Assembly (NCBI GenBank): GCA_041173745.1
Contig: JBEDID010000001.1
Span: 1 to 57,949, forward strand
DNA: 57,949 bases
Direction: 5' to 3'
Source: Candidatus Parcubacteria bacterium
Lineage (GTDB): Bacteria; Patescibacteriota; Minisyncoccia; Phycocordibacterales; UBA918
The notes beneath the pieces were generated by a model, which searched no databases, was not told where the DNA came from, and saw nothing but the letters and a program-made list of their open reading frames with translations. The position numbers and the translations under genes are program-made. Shown piece by piece: positions 6,528 to 15,714 of this stretch (position 1 is the stretch's first letter; the number at the start of each line of letters is the position of its first letter).

Positions 6528-8288
6528 CTACACCACGTGAGATAAAAAATCATCCTCACTAACTTCAGGAGTAGGGTTGGGGGCTGGCGGTAAACCGGTT
6601 GGTGTTTGAGCGGCAGCGGCTGCGATGTAAGGGAGTTCAATTACACGCTCTAGTTCTTTAAGTGAAGTTAAGCCTTTGATAATTTTTTCGATACCATCTT
6701 CAATCATGGTGGGGATGCCTTGGGGTTTAGCGGCTTCAGCAATGATGTGTTCACGCGGATCACGGATAACTACCTCTTCGACTGCTTCATCCATTACTAC
6801 ACCTTCAAAAATACCGGTTCGTCCTTTGAATCCCGTGCCCGCACATTTGACGCAGCCGGTCGGGCGGTAAATATTAAGCGGGTCAGGAATTGGAAAAGGA
6901 TGAGGGTGACTACCCATAACATAAGTAATAAGTTGTTTTTCTTCGGGTGATGGCTGATAAGCTATTTTACAATCAGTGCACAAGAGGCGAACCAGACGTT
7001 GGCCAATGATGATGTTAATGGAACTGCCCATAATCCGCGGGTCGACTCCCAGATCCATCAAACGCACAAAGCCTGCCACCGCACTATTGGTGTGCAAGGT
7101 ACTGAATACCAAGTGTCCAGTTTGGGCGGCGTGAATGGCGGTCTCAGCCACTTCAGCATCACGAATTTCTCCGACCATAATAATGTCAGGGTCTTGTCGG
7201 AGAATGGCGCGCAAACCAGAGGCAAAAGTGTAGTCGTCACCAGTTTGGGTTTGGACGATACCATCAAGTTTGTATTCCACTGGATTTTCAATCGTGATTA
7301 TTTTTACTCCCTCAGAGTGAGTTTCTTTAAGGAAGGCGTAAAGAGCCGTAGTTTTTCCGGAGCCAGTTGGACCGGTGGTGATAATCAAACCGTTGGGCTT
7401 TTTGAGTTCAAGCTTCATCGCTGCTTCCATATAAGGATTGAGATTTATCTTGTCCATACTGAAACTAGCTGCGGTAGGATCTAAGAGTCGCATTACGATT
7501 GATTCGCCGAGCGCACCAGGAATCACTGAAGAACGAACTTCAATTTGTCGGTCGCCAATATCAAATGTCATACGTCCGTCTTGAGCTTCGGCTTTGGAGT
7601 TGAGAATCATGCCTGAGAGTAATTTCAAGCGCGACATTAAACGACTGAAGATATATTTATCTAGATCAGCAATATCATTCAAAACACCATCGAATCGATA
7701 GCGCAGTCGGATTACGGTTTCTTCCGGTTCGATGTGAATGTCAGAGGCTCTTAAGGCTAGTCCACCAGCAAAGATAAGTTCTAAAGTTTCAGAAATACGC
7801 CGGCTATTGTTGATGGTACTGATTTCGTTAAGGATGACAGCCACATCTTCCTTTTTAGAAATACGCCCAGTTAGTTTGATGATATCAGCAGCACTGATTT
7901 CAAACACTCCTCTTTTTTCGGCAGATGAATCAGTGATGTCTTGGTAGCGTTTCCAGGCATAATTGAGACTGGCGGTTGAGCACATGAAAAGATTGATAGT
8001 GTAGTTGCGCTTTTGTAGTTCTTCCAACAAAGCTTGAAGTTTGGGGCTGTTGGGATTTTTGGTGCCAATTGAGAGGGTGTGGCGGTTGATTTCGTAGCCG
8101 ACCATTTCAGCCGCGCGGGCTTTTTCTTCTGGAATGGCGGTTAAAGCTTCTGGGTTGATACTTAAACCTTGGAGATTAACGTAATCGAATCCTAATTGTG
8201 GTGCGTTCATTTGAATTGAACGTTCTTCTTCACGATTATGTAAATCGCTAATCCTTGCGTTTGAGTATTTATCATCAAAAGTAACCAT
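6528..8288 (-). CDS. pilB: type IV pilus assembly ATPase PilB (GspE family)
   Basis: N-terminal GspE_N-like region, Walker A GPTGSGKTT, Walker B IIMVGEIRD, His box, and a tetracysteine CTDC...CVKC. Confidence 0.9.
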   Translation of the reverse strand: MVTFDDKYSNARISDLHNREEERSIQMNAPQLGFDYVNLQGLSINPEALTAIPEEKARAAEMVGYEINRHTLSIGTKNPNSPKLQALLEELQKRNYTINLFMCSTASLNYAWKRYQDITDSSAEKRGVFEISAADIIKLTGRISKKEDVAVILNEISTINNSRRISETLELIFAGGLALRASDIHIEPEETVIRLRYRFDGVLNDIADLDKYIFSRLMSRLKLLSGMILNSKAEAQDGRMTFDIGDRQIEVRSSVIPGALGESIVMRLLDPTAASFSMDKINLNPYMEAAMKLELKKPNGLIITTGPTGSGKTTALYAFLKETHSEGVKIITIENPVEYKLDGIVQTQTGDDYTFASGLRAILRQDPDIIMVGEIRDAEVAETAIHAAQTGHLVFSTLHTNSAVAGFVRLMDLGVDPRIMGSSINIIIGQRLVRLLCTDCKIAYQPSPEEKQLITYVMGSHPHPFPIPDPLNIYRPTGCVKCAGTGFKGRTGIFEGVVMDEAVEEVVIRDPREHIIAEAAKPQGIPTMIEDGIEKIIKGLTSLKELERVIELPYIAAAAAQTPTGLPPAPNPTPEVSEDDFLSHVV

Positions 8289-8364
8289 ATAGCAATATCA
8301 TATCACGAGTAGTTTTGGTGATTGGTTATTTACTAGCGCCCTAGGGATTGGTATAGTCACAGAT

Positions 8365-8832
8365 ATGAAAACTATTTATCAAGTCGCCAAACCAGCCGAT
8401 TTCACTGTCATTATTTCTGACCTACTACAGTGGTCTGAAAATAACCCCGCTATTAATTTAGTACTCGCTCTTAAGGGAGATTTAGGGGCCGGTAAAACCA
8501 CTTTTACTCAAGAGTTCGCGCGCGTTTTGGGGGTGACTGAAACAGTTAATAGTCCGACTTTTACAATTATAAAACAGTACGAATTGTCCCATCCTCAATT
8601 TGATACTCTGGTACATATGGACGCTTACCGGCTGGAGTCACAGCAGGAAGTTGGTCCACTACGTTTAGAAGAATTATTCTCCCAGCCTCGTACTGTCGTG
8701 TGTGTAGAGTGGCCAGAAATTATAATCGATAGTATTCCTGAGACAGCCGTATGGCTTGAGTTTGAAACTGTAGAAGATGAAGCTAGAACTGTAACAGTAA
8801 AAATGGGGGCAGAGGATAGTGTCACTATCTAA
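8365..8832 (+). CDS. tsaE: tRNA t6A37 biosynthesis ATPase TsaE
   Basis: LKGDLGAGKTTFTQ P-loop, SPTFTI, and HMDAYRL motifs. 155 aa. Confidence 0.85.
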   Translation: MKTIYQVAKPADFTVIISDLLQWSENNPAINLVLALKGDLGAGKTTFTQEFARVLGVTETVNSPTFTIIKQYELSHPQFDTLVHMDAYRLESQQEVGPLRLEELFSQPRTVVCVEWPEIIIDSIPETAVWLEFETVEDEARTVTVKMGAEDSVTI

Positions 8833-8850
8833 AAAATCGTATACTAGCGT

Positions 8851-11250
8851 ATGTCTAAAACAACCACTCCCACTTTAGTTTTACTCGACTCACACGCCAT
8901 CTTGCACCGCGCTTATCACGCCCTGCCGGATTTTTCTTCACCAACCGGCGAACCGACTGGTGCTCTGTATGGAGTAGTAACGATGCTGCTGCGGATTATT
9001 GAAGAGTTTAAGCCGGAGTATATCGCAGCTTGTTTTGATTTACCGGAACCAACTTATCGACATGAGGCGTTTGATGGTTATAAGTCCGGGCGCTCCAAAA
9101 CTGACGATGCTTTGGTGCAACAAATAATTCGCTCGCGGGATATTTTTAAAGTGTTTGGCATCCCGATTTTTGAACGTCCTGGCTTTGAGGCTGACGACCT
9201 CTTGGGCACCATTGCGCATCTCACTGCCGACAATAAAGATTTGCGCGTGGTGATAGCCTCTGGCGATATGGACACGATGCAGTGTGTTGATAAAAAACGC
9301 GTGCAGGTCTTTACTTTAAAAAAGGGTATTAAAGATACAATTACCTACGACGAGCAAGCGGTGAAAGATCGTTATGGTTTTGGGCCGAAATTAGTGCCAG
9401 ATTATAAAGGCTTGCGCGGTGACCCATCCGACAATATTCCGGGTATTGCCGGCATCGGTGAAAAAACGGCCACGACGCTGATTATGACTTTCGGTTCCAT
9501 CGAAAAGATTTATAAAAAATTAGAGAATGACGAACAAGCATTTTTGGATGCGGGCATTAAACCGCGGATTATTAATTTACTGAAAGAAGGCAAAGAAGAA
9601 GCTGAATTTTCAAAAATGTTGGCCACTATTAGGATTGATGCGATTGATACTTTTGATGTTAGTACAACAGAATGGAAAGCTCAGGCTGATACCGATGAGA
9701 TCATTAAACTCTTTAGTGAGCTAGGTTTCCGCACTGTCACTGACCGGGTAAAAAAGTTATTTGATATTACTTTGGTTGATGACGCGGCGATTGCTGAAAG
9801 TATTCCCGAGCATGAACTACAAGAGGCAAGTATTTTACTTTGGTTATTAGAAAGTGAACGCACCAACGCCACCTATATCGACATCATTGAATACGGCCGG
9901 TCATTTCTAGCAGCTAACACTTGGGCCGAAACTGTCAAAGCTTTGCAGCATAAAGTTAAAGCAGCGGGATTGTGGAAGATTTACGAAGAGATTGAATTTC
10001 CACTGATTAAAGTTGTGGCAGCGATGAAGCAACAGGGGATTACACTAGATGTAGATTATCTTAAAACTCTATCGGTGCAGTTTCACCAAGAGTTGGAGAC
10101 TTTGGAGAAAACTATTTACCAACAAGCGGGCGTTGAGTTTAATCTTAATTCACCCAAACAATTAGGTGAAATATTGTTTGACACATTGGGACTCAAGCCT
10201 AAAAATGCTAAAAAAACTGCTGGCGGACAACGCTCTACTAAAGAATCCGAGTTGGAAAAACTGCAAGATGAACATCCAATTATTGGAGAGATTTTGCGCT
10301 ATCGTGAACTACAAAAATTAGTTTCAACTTACGTCGATAATTTACCTGGCCAAGTTGGAACAGACGGAAAATTACATTCTACCTTTTTACAAACCGGCAC
10401 TACCACAGGTCGCATGGCGAGTCGTGATCCAAACGTGCAAAACATTCCCGCTCGCACCAATGAAGGCAAAGCGATTCGTAAAGCCTTTGTGGCTGATGCT
10501 GGCTACACCTTAGTAGCAATTGATTACTCGCAAATCGAACTACGCATTGCTGCGCTCCTTTCAGGTGACGAAACCATGATAGAGATATTTAAAGCTGGTG
10601 GAGACGTGCACGCTGGTGTCGCCTCGCGTGTATTTGGAGTGAAAGAAAACGAAGTAACAGACAATATGCGCCGGCAAGCTAAAGTTATTAACTTCGGTAT
10701 TCTCTACGGCATGGGGGTAAATGCTTTGCGTCAAAATTTGGGTGAAGATACCACTCGAGCCGCCGCCCAAGAATTCCTTAATGCCTACTTTAATACTTTT
10801 ACCAGATTGGCAGAATATTTAGAAGGAATTAAAAGTTTCGCGCGTGAACACGGTTACACCGAAACCGTCTTCGGCCGCCGCCGACATTTTCCTGGTATTA
10901 CTTCTAGTGTGCCGTTTATTCGCGCTCAAGCCGAACGTATGGCGATTAATGCACCAGTTCAAGGTACTTCCGCTGATATTATCCGCTTGGCCATGGTGAA
11001 GATTTTTGATTATATAAAAAGTCATGAATTGGAAGCCGACGCGCGTATGTTGCTTCAAGTGCACGATGAACTTATCTTTGAAATTAAGACTGAAAAGGTT
11101 AAGTCAATCGTACCAACTCTATTAGAAATTATGACGACAGTGTTAGACGAAAAACAATCCAACGGAGTGCCGATTCGAGCTGAAATAAAGCTGGGTCATA
11201 ATTGGGAAGGGTTAAAACCAATAACCTTAGCTGAAGTAAAACAAAAATAA
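8851..11250 (+). CDS. polA: DNA polymerase I (5'-3' exonuclease plus polymerase, shortened central domain)
   Basis: N-terminal FEN-like domain (LLDSHAILHRAYHA, GDPSDNIPG). Pol A motifs DYSQIELR, RRQAKVINFGILYG and QVHDEL. 799 aa. Confidence 0.95.
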   Translation: MSKTTTPTLVLLDSHAILHRAYHALPDFSSPTGEPTGALYGVVTMLLRIIEEFKPEYIAACFDLPEPTYRHEAFDGYKSGRSKTDDALVQQIIRSRDIFKVFGIPIFERPGFEADDLLGTIAHLTADNKDLRVVIASGDMDTMQCVDKKRVQVFTLKKGIKDTITYDEQAVKDRYGFGPKLVPDYKGLRGDPSDNIPGIAGIGEKTATTLIMTFGSIEKIYKKLENDEQAFLDAGIKPRIINLLKEGKEEAEFSKMLATIRIDAIDTFDVSTTEWKAQADTDEIIKLFSELGFRTVTDRVKKLFDITLVDDAAIAESIPEHELQEASILLWLLESERTNATYIDIIEYGRSFLAANTWAETVKALQHKVKAAGLWKIYEEIEFPLIKVVAAMKQQGITLDVDYLKTLSVQFHQELETLEKTIYQQAGVEFNLNSPKQLGEILFDTLGLKPKNAKKTAGGQRSTKESELEKLQDEHPIIGEILRYRELQKLVSTYVDNLPGQVGTDGKLHSTFLQTGTTTGRMASRDPNVQNIPARTNEGKAIRKAFVADAGYTLVAIDYSQIELRIAALLSGDETMIEIFKAGGDVHAGVASRVFGVKENEVTDNMRRQAKVINFGILYGMGVNALRQNLGEDTTRAAAQEFLNAYFNTFTRLAEYLEGIKSFAREHGYTETVFGRRRHFPGITSSVPFIRAQAERMAINAPVQGTSADIIRLAMVKIFDYIKSHELEADARMLLQVHDELIFEIKTEKVKSIVPTLLEIMTTVLDEKQSNGVPIRAEIKLGHNWEGLKPITLAEVKQK

Positions 11251-11256
11251 TATTTT

Positions 11257-11958
11257 ATGTATGTAGTATTTTATGGTTCTGATAGAGGCCGAGTGCGAGA
11301 TGCCGCGACGCAGTATATTGATGCCAATATGCCCGCCGATGCTACGCTTACTACCCTCGAAGCGAGTGCCTTTCAAATCGGGCAAGTCGCAGATGCACTC
11401 GGCGCTAACTCTTTGTTTGGTGGTAGTGAGTGGTTTGTGCTCGATACACCGTCTGACAATCCAGACTTTACCGAAGCGGTGAAAGATTCACTCAAAGAAA
11501 TGTCGGAGTCAGAAAATACTTTTGTAATTTTGGAAGGAGCTTTGTTAGCTCCAGCGAAAAAAGTTTATAGTAAATATACTGCGGAAATAAATGAGTTTAC
11601 CGCCGAAAAATCCGTCCGCTACAACGCCTTCACCTTAGCCGAGGCCTTAGCCGAAAAGGATAAGCGCCGACTGTGGGTGTTGCTGCAAGAAGCGCGCTTA
11701 GAAGGTTTGCGTGATGAAGAAATTATCGGAATGTTATGGTGGCAATTAAAAGCTTTACGTTTAGCAAAGCTGACCAATTCCGCCGACGAAGCCGGTATGA
11801 AAGATTTCCCCTACAACAAAGCCAAACGCGCACTGTCTAAATTCTCTAGTGGGGAAGTGGAGAAATTATCTCAAACATTACTGGAGTTGTATCATGATGG
11901 TCATGCCGGAGTAAGTGATATGGATGTGCGGTTGGAGGAGTGGGTGTTGGGGGTGTAG
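11257..11958 (+). CDS. holA: DNA polymerase III delta subunit-like (HolA)
   Basis: 233 aa. The N-terminal YVVFYGSD and the C-terminal helical region resemble short HolA proteins. It lies directly downstream of polA. Assignment by resemblance only. Confidence 0.55.
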   Translation: MYVVFYGSDRGRVRDAATQYIDANMPADATLTTLEASAFQIGQVADALGANSLFGGSEWFVLDTPSDNPDFTEAVKDSLKEMSESENTFVILEGALLAPAKKVYSKYTAEINEFTAEKSVRYNAFTLAEALAEKDKRRLWVLLQEARLEGLRDEEIIGMLWWQLKALRLAKLTNSADEAGMKDFPYNKAKRALSKFSSGEVEKLSQTLLELYHDGHAGVSDMDVRLEEWVLGV

Positions 11959-11964
11959 AAAAAT

Positions 11965-11993
11965 AAAAACCAACATTCAAAATGTTGGTTTTT
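11965..11993 (+). terminator. intrinsic terminator after holA
   Basis: aaccaacatt-caa-aatgttggtt flanked by an A-run and a T-run. Confidence 0.75.
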
Positions 11994-12050
11994 ATTTACC
12001 TGTCTATCTTAAAACTCCAAATTTATTGAAAGTCTTTGACTGAATGGTGA

Positions 12051-12326
12051 CTACTTCATTGATACGTGTAGTGATAAATCAAGGGCTTTTGCAATACGTT
12101 GTAGTGTCTGCAGGGAAGGGTTGCTTTCCCCGCGTTCTAGGCGAGAAATGACAGGTTGACGACTTCCGGCCGCTTCAGCTAATTGAGACTGTGACCAGCC
12201 GAGTTCAAGACGCCGGCCGATAATTGTTTTGACTACTTCATATTCGGGACTAAGCGCTTCATATTCAGCTTTAATAACTGGGTTCTCGAGTGCCTTAGTT
12301 TTAAATTGTTTGAAGGTAGTTGTCAT
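12051..12326 (-). CDS. XRE-family HTH antitoxin (HigA-like)
   Basis: LGWSQSQLAEAAGSRQPVISRLERGESNPSLQTLQRIAKAL is a typical Cro/C1 HTH. It lies downstream of the toxin gene. Confidence 0.8.
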   Translation of the reverse strand: MTTTFKQFKTKALENPVIKAEYEALSPEYEVVKTIIGRRLELGWSQSQLAEAAGSRQPVISRLERGESNPSLQTLQRIAKALDLSLHVSMK

Positions 12327-12352
12327 AAATCAAATATAACTTATAAGTTATA

Positions 12353-12658
12353 TTATTGCAAGTTTTGTTTAGCTGAAATTGCTCTCTTTAATTCCTTGTT
12401 TAAGGTCTTTTGTGTTTTCTTGATACAAGCATGAAGCAATACCGCTTTTCTTCTATGGAAACAATAAAATATTCTGATTTCTCTTGTGCCCCGTACGCGC
12501 AGTTCTAAAAGACCGTTGGTCATATGTCGGCTGTGTGGTAGTCCAAGATTATTACCAAATTCTTCAAGTAACTCGATAGTTCGAATAGTCTTAGCAATTT
12601 CTTTTTCAGTTAATGTAGAAAGAAATACTTCAACCGAATCGAGTAAGTCAATTTGCAT
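12353..12658 (-). CDS. type II toxin, RelE/ParE superfamily (Gp49/HigB-like)
   Basis: 101 aa with LELRVRGTREIRIFYCF...AVLLHACIKKTQKT, the phage Gp49-like pattern. Toxin-first gene order as in higBA. Confidence 0.75.
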   Translation of the reverse strand: MQIDLLDSVEVFLSTLTEKEIAKTIRTIELLEEFGNNLGLPHSRHMTNGLLELRVRGTREIRIFYCFHRRKAVLLHACIKKTQKTLNKELKRAISAKQNLQ

Positions 12659-12991
12659 GAGGTCAGTATATCAAAATAAAAAACCAAGCTTGTGCTGACA
12701 AAGTTTATTACTGGAGATTATAAAAATTGGCTAGAAACATAACGTGTTTGTCGTCACGAGTCACTAAGTATAATTATTCACTTCGTTCCAATTCTACTAA
12801 GTGTCTCAGTTTTCAATTTGAAGTGTGTTGTCCTCCAGGGGTCTCTGTCTCTACGAGACCAGTATCCCAATTGGATAGTTTAGTTCACTTCGTTCCTAAA
12901 CTACCTCAATCGGGCTTCGAGCCCTGACGGACAGTCTCCCAGACTGTCCTGAGGGCGGACAAAGAAAAAACCCGTAAGGGTTTTTTGTTTG

Positions 12992-13064
12992 TCCGCCCTC
13001 CAGGGCTCGAACCTGGGACCATCTCCTTAAAAGGGAGCCGCTCTACCATCTGAGCTAAGGGCGG
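12992..13064 (-). tRNA. tRNA-Lys (anticodon UUU)
   Basis: Cloverleaf folded by hand: acceptor CCGCCCT/AGGGCGG, D arm GCTC/GAGC, anticodon loop CTTTTAA, T arm CCAGG-TTCGAGC-CCTGG. CCA is not encoded. Confidence 0.9.
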
Positions 13065-13144
13065 ATATCTTTGATTGTCTTTACTATATTCGCCATCGCC
13101 TTAATTAAGGGGTAAGTAGTGCGGGCACTACTTACGCTACCTTT

Positions 13145-13171
13145 CTGAGCTAAGGGCGGATATATTTGATT
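13145..13171. repeat. direct repeat of the tRNA-Lys 5' end plus leader (26/27 nt, copy of 13050-13076)
   Basis: ctgagctaagggcggatat[a/c]tttgatt occurs twice, 95 bp apart. Confidence 0.8.
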
Positions 13172-13261
13172 TACTAATGCAAAGTGGAAAAACTATACCA
13201 TGTTTGATTTCAAAATCAAATGTTGCTCGCTATTTTAATTACTATTTGCTAACCTTGGCAC

Positions 13262-13729
13262 ATGAAATATCTCATTTTAGAAAATATTCGCAGTGCTCAT
13301 AACGTGGGATCTATTTTTCGGACGGCCGATGGAGCGGGGGTGTCTAAGATATTTTTGATTGGTTATACGCCAGATCCACTTGATCGCTTCGGTCGGGTGC
13401 AGCCGGAAATAAAAAAGACTTCACTCGGAGCTAGTGCTGAAATTGCTTGGGAACATCGTGCCACTGCCGCCGAAGTGATTGTTGAATTAAAGGCGCTGGG
13501 AGTACAGATAGTGGCTGTGGAGCAAGCTCCAGCTTCAATTATGCTACAAGCACTGATTGTTCCAACTGCAGTCGCTTATATCTTTGGTAATGAGGTGGAG
13601 GGGGTGAGTCTAGACACTTTAGCCTTGGCTGATGTAACAGTGGAAATTCCTATGCTTGGCATCAAAGAGTCGCTTAACGTATCGGTGGCGACTGGTATCG
13701 TCTTGTACCACGCTCTAGTGGTTGATTAG
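13262..13729 (+). CDS. TrmH/SpoU family RNA 2'-O-methyltransferase
   Basis: NVGSIFRTADGAGV, FGNEVEGV and ESLNVSVATGIVLY SpoU motifs. 155 aa. Confidence 0.8.
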   Translation: MKYLILENIRSAHNVGSIFRTADGAGVSKIFLIGYTPDPLDRFGRVQPEIKKTSLGASAEIAWEHRATAAEVIVELKALGVQIVAVEQAPASIMLQALIVPTAVAYIFGNEVEGVSLDTLALADVTVEIPMLGIKESLNVSVATGIVLYHALVVD

Positions 13730-15006
13730 TCTAAAGTAATTTGGGAGAGCAGTTCTTTCACAACAGTAGCATCGCTCCAAGGCTCCTTGGTGTCATTTGG
13801 TCCCATGATGTAGGGGTCAGTGCCTTTGCCTGAAATTAAGACGCAACCACCTGGAACCGCCAGTGCTAGCGCTTTTTTGATAGCTTCTCGTCTATCCATA
13901 ATAATTTCTACAGGCGCAATATGACTCATCCCATTGCGCATTTCAGTCACGATTTTAAGTGGGTCTTCATCATAGGGGTCTTCATTAGTGAGAATGATTT
14001 GATTGCAGTAGCGTTCAGCAATGGCGCCCATTTCTGGTCGCTTCCAAGTGTCGCGTCCGCCGCCAGTGTTGCCTAAAACACAAACCTTGTGTCGGTTAGG
14101 AAAGGCCTCGTATAATTTAGTGAGCGAGTCAGGGGTGTGGGCATAATCAACAACCGCTGTTACTTTCTTAGGTGCAGTAGCAGGTGATTCAAAGTGTTCC
14201 ACTCGGCCTTTAAGCGGCGGCAGGTTACGTAAGCAGTCTTGAATAGTTTGAAGCGAAACGCCTAAAGCACGACTAATAGTGATGGCGGCTAAAGTGTTAT
14301 AGACATTGAAGAGTCCAACCAAAGGAACTCGAATTGTGATGTTGTTAAGAACTAAACTCACACTGTCCTTGTGGAGCGTGTAGAGATTTAAATCATTCAG
14401 TGAGTAGGGAAGTTCATGTTCAACCGCTGGATTTAAAAAATCCTTTCCGTGTTCGTCATCAATATTAGTCACGATGTAACGAGGTCGTTTTGGTGAAGCT
14501 GCTACCGCCGCGGCAAGTGTTAATTTGGCCGCTTTGTACTTTTCAAACGAACCGTGTGATTCGATATGTTCGGGCGTAAGGTTGGTAAAAACTAATGCAT
14601 CCAAGTCGATGTACTTATGACGAAATTGTCGCGCACCTTCGGAAGTCATTTCTACCACCGCGTGAGTACAACCAGCGTCTACCGCTTCCCGTAAAAACTT
14701 CTGCACAAAAAACCGTCCCGGCATTGTCATTTTGTACATGTTTGGTTCAGTGTGTCCGTCAATTGAAAATTGGATAGTAGAAAGTGAAGCGACTTTCATT
14801 CCGCCGGCTCGTAGTATATGAGCAATTAGTTCGGTGGTAGAGGATTTGCCTTTGGTACCAGTCACCGCAATGATAACTAGGTTTCTGGCTGGATGACGAT
14901 ATTTTACCGCTCCCCAGTAGGCAAGTAGTTGGTGATAATAAGGTTGGAAGAGAGTAAAAACCGACTTCGGAATAATCCGTTTAATCTTTTGTCTTGTTAA
15001 ATCCAT
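13726..15006 (-). CDS. murE: Mur ligase family protein, MurE-like
   Basis: VTGTKGKSSTT P-loop, DYAHTPDSL signature, and C-terminal GKG...DP. 426 aa, lacking the usual N-terminal domain. Confidence 0.75.
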   Translation of the reverse strand: MDLTRQKIKRIIPKSVFTLFQPYYHQLLAYWGAVKYRHPARNLVIIAVTGTKGKSSTTELIAHILRAGGMKVASLSTIQFSIDGHTEPNMYKMTMPGRFFVQKFLREAVDAGCTHAVVEMTSEGARQFRHKYIDLDALVFTNLTPEHIESHGSFEKYKAAKLTLAAAVAASPKRPRYIVTNIDDEHGKDFLNPAVEHELPYSLNDLNLYTLHKDSVSLVLNNITIRVPLVGLFNVYNTLAAITISRALGVSLQTIQDCLRNLPPLKGRVEHFESPATAPKKVTAVVDYAHTPDSLTKLYEAFPNRHKVCVLGNTGGGRDTWKRPEMGAIAERYCNQIILTNEDPYDEDPLKIVTEMRNGMSHIAPVEIIMDRREAIKKALALAVPGGCVLISGKGTDPYIMGPNDTKEPWSDATVVKELLSQITLD

Positions 15007-15046
15007 GATGTAAGTATATGACGCTTTAATATTAGTTGCACGTCGG

Positions 15047-15622
15047 TTATTTTATTTGTTTGAGAGCTTGAGTGACGAGTGAATTCACTGTCATCGTATC
15101 GTCGGTAAAATTTAGGATGACTTCACGCGCTGTATTCATGTCGTAACCAAGAGAAACTAAAGCGTCGATGGCATCGGTCTGGATTTGGTTAGTGGCGTTA
15201 GTAGAGACGCTGCTGGTCATCGGTAAGGAGTCAATTTTTTTCTGTAAATACTGCACAATATTTTCACTAGTCTTTTTACCAATCCCAGATAATTTATGTA
15301 GATATACGCCATCGCGTTTTTGAGTGGCTTCGATGAGTAGGGTAGGAGTAGCGAGGCACATTATGCCTAAGGCTGACTTAGGACCGACTTTTGGAATGCC
15401 GAGTAATAGTTCAAACATTTCTAATTCGGTGTGGTGAGGAAAGCCGTATAAGTCTAGGGCAGTTTCTCGGACTGCTAAATAGGTGTGTAAGGTGACGGTA
15501 GTATTAAGGCGGAATTGGTTGGTGAGAGTGGGGCAGCCGACGAGGTATCCGACCCCATGTACATCAACCACAATTGAATTATCTCCAATGTAAGTAATTT
15601 CTCCAGTTAGGGTACGAATCAT
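15047..15622 (-). CDS. ruvA: Holliday junction DNA helicase subunit RuvA
   Basis: MIRTLTGEI...VDVHGVGYLV OB domain, HhH GIGKKTSE, and C-terminal domain III. The longer ORF to 15721 overlaps the rpsT start and was rejected. Confidence 0.9.
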   Translation of the reverse strand: MIRTLTGEITYIGDNSIVVDVHGVGYLVGCPTLTNQFRLNTTVTLHTYLAVRETALDLYGFPHHTELEMFELLLGIPKVGPKSALGIMCLATPTLLIEATQKRDGVYLHKLSGIGKKTSENIVQYLQKKIDSLPMTSSVSTNATNQIQTDAIDALVSLGYDMNTAREVILNFTDDTMTVNSLVTQALKQIK

Positions 15623-15714
15623 ACGTGTATTGTACGTGAGAGAACCATACTCGCAAGGGCTTGCCTTTTTGGGACTCCTGCGGTACAGTACTCTCACTTT
15701 ATTGAAGTATATAT

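Noticed and set aside
12905-12925. T-arm-like sequence cgggcttcgagccct suggesting an extra tRNA or pseudo-tRNA
   Set aside because: Only a 3-5 bp stem with a TTCGAG-like loop is present. I could not build acceptor, D or anticodon arms from the flanks.
12727-12927. ORF 12727..12927(+)
   Set aside because: It lies in a hairpin-dense non-coding region next to tRNA-Lys, lacks an SD, and its product has no recognisable features.
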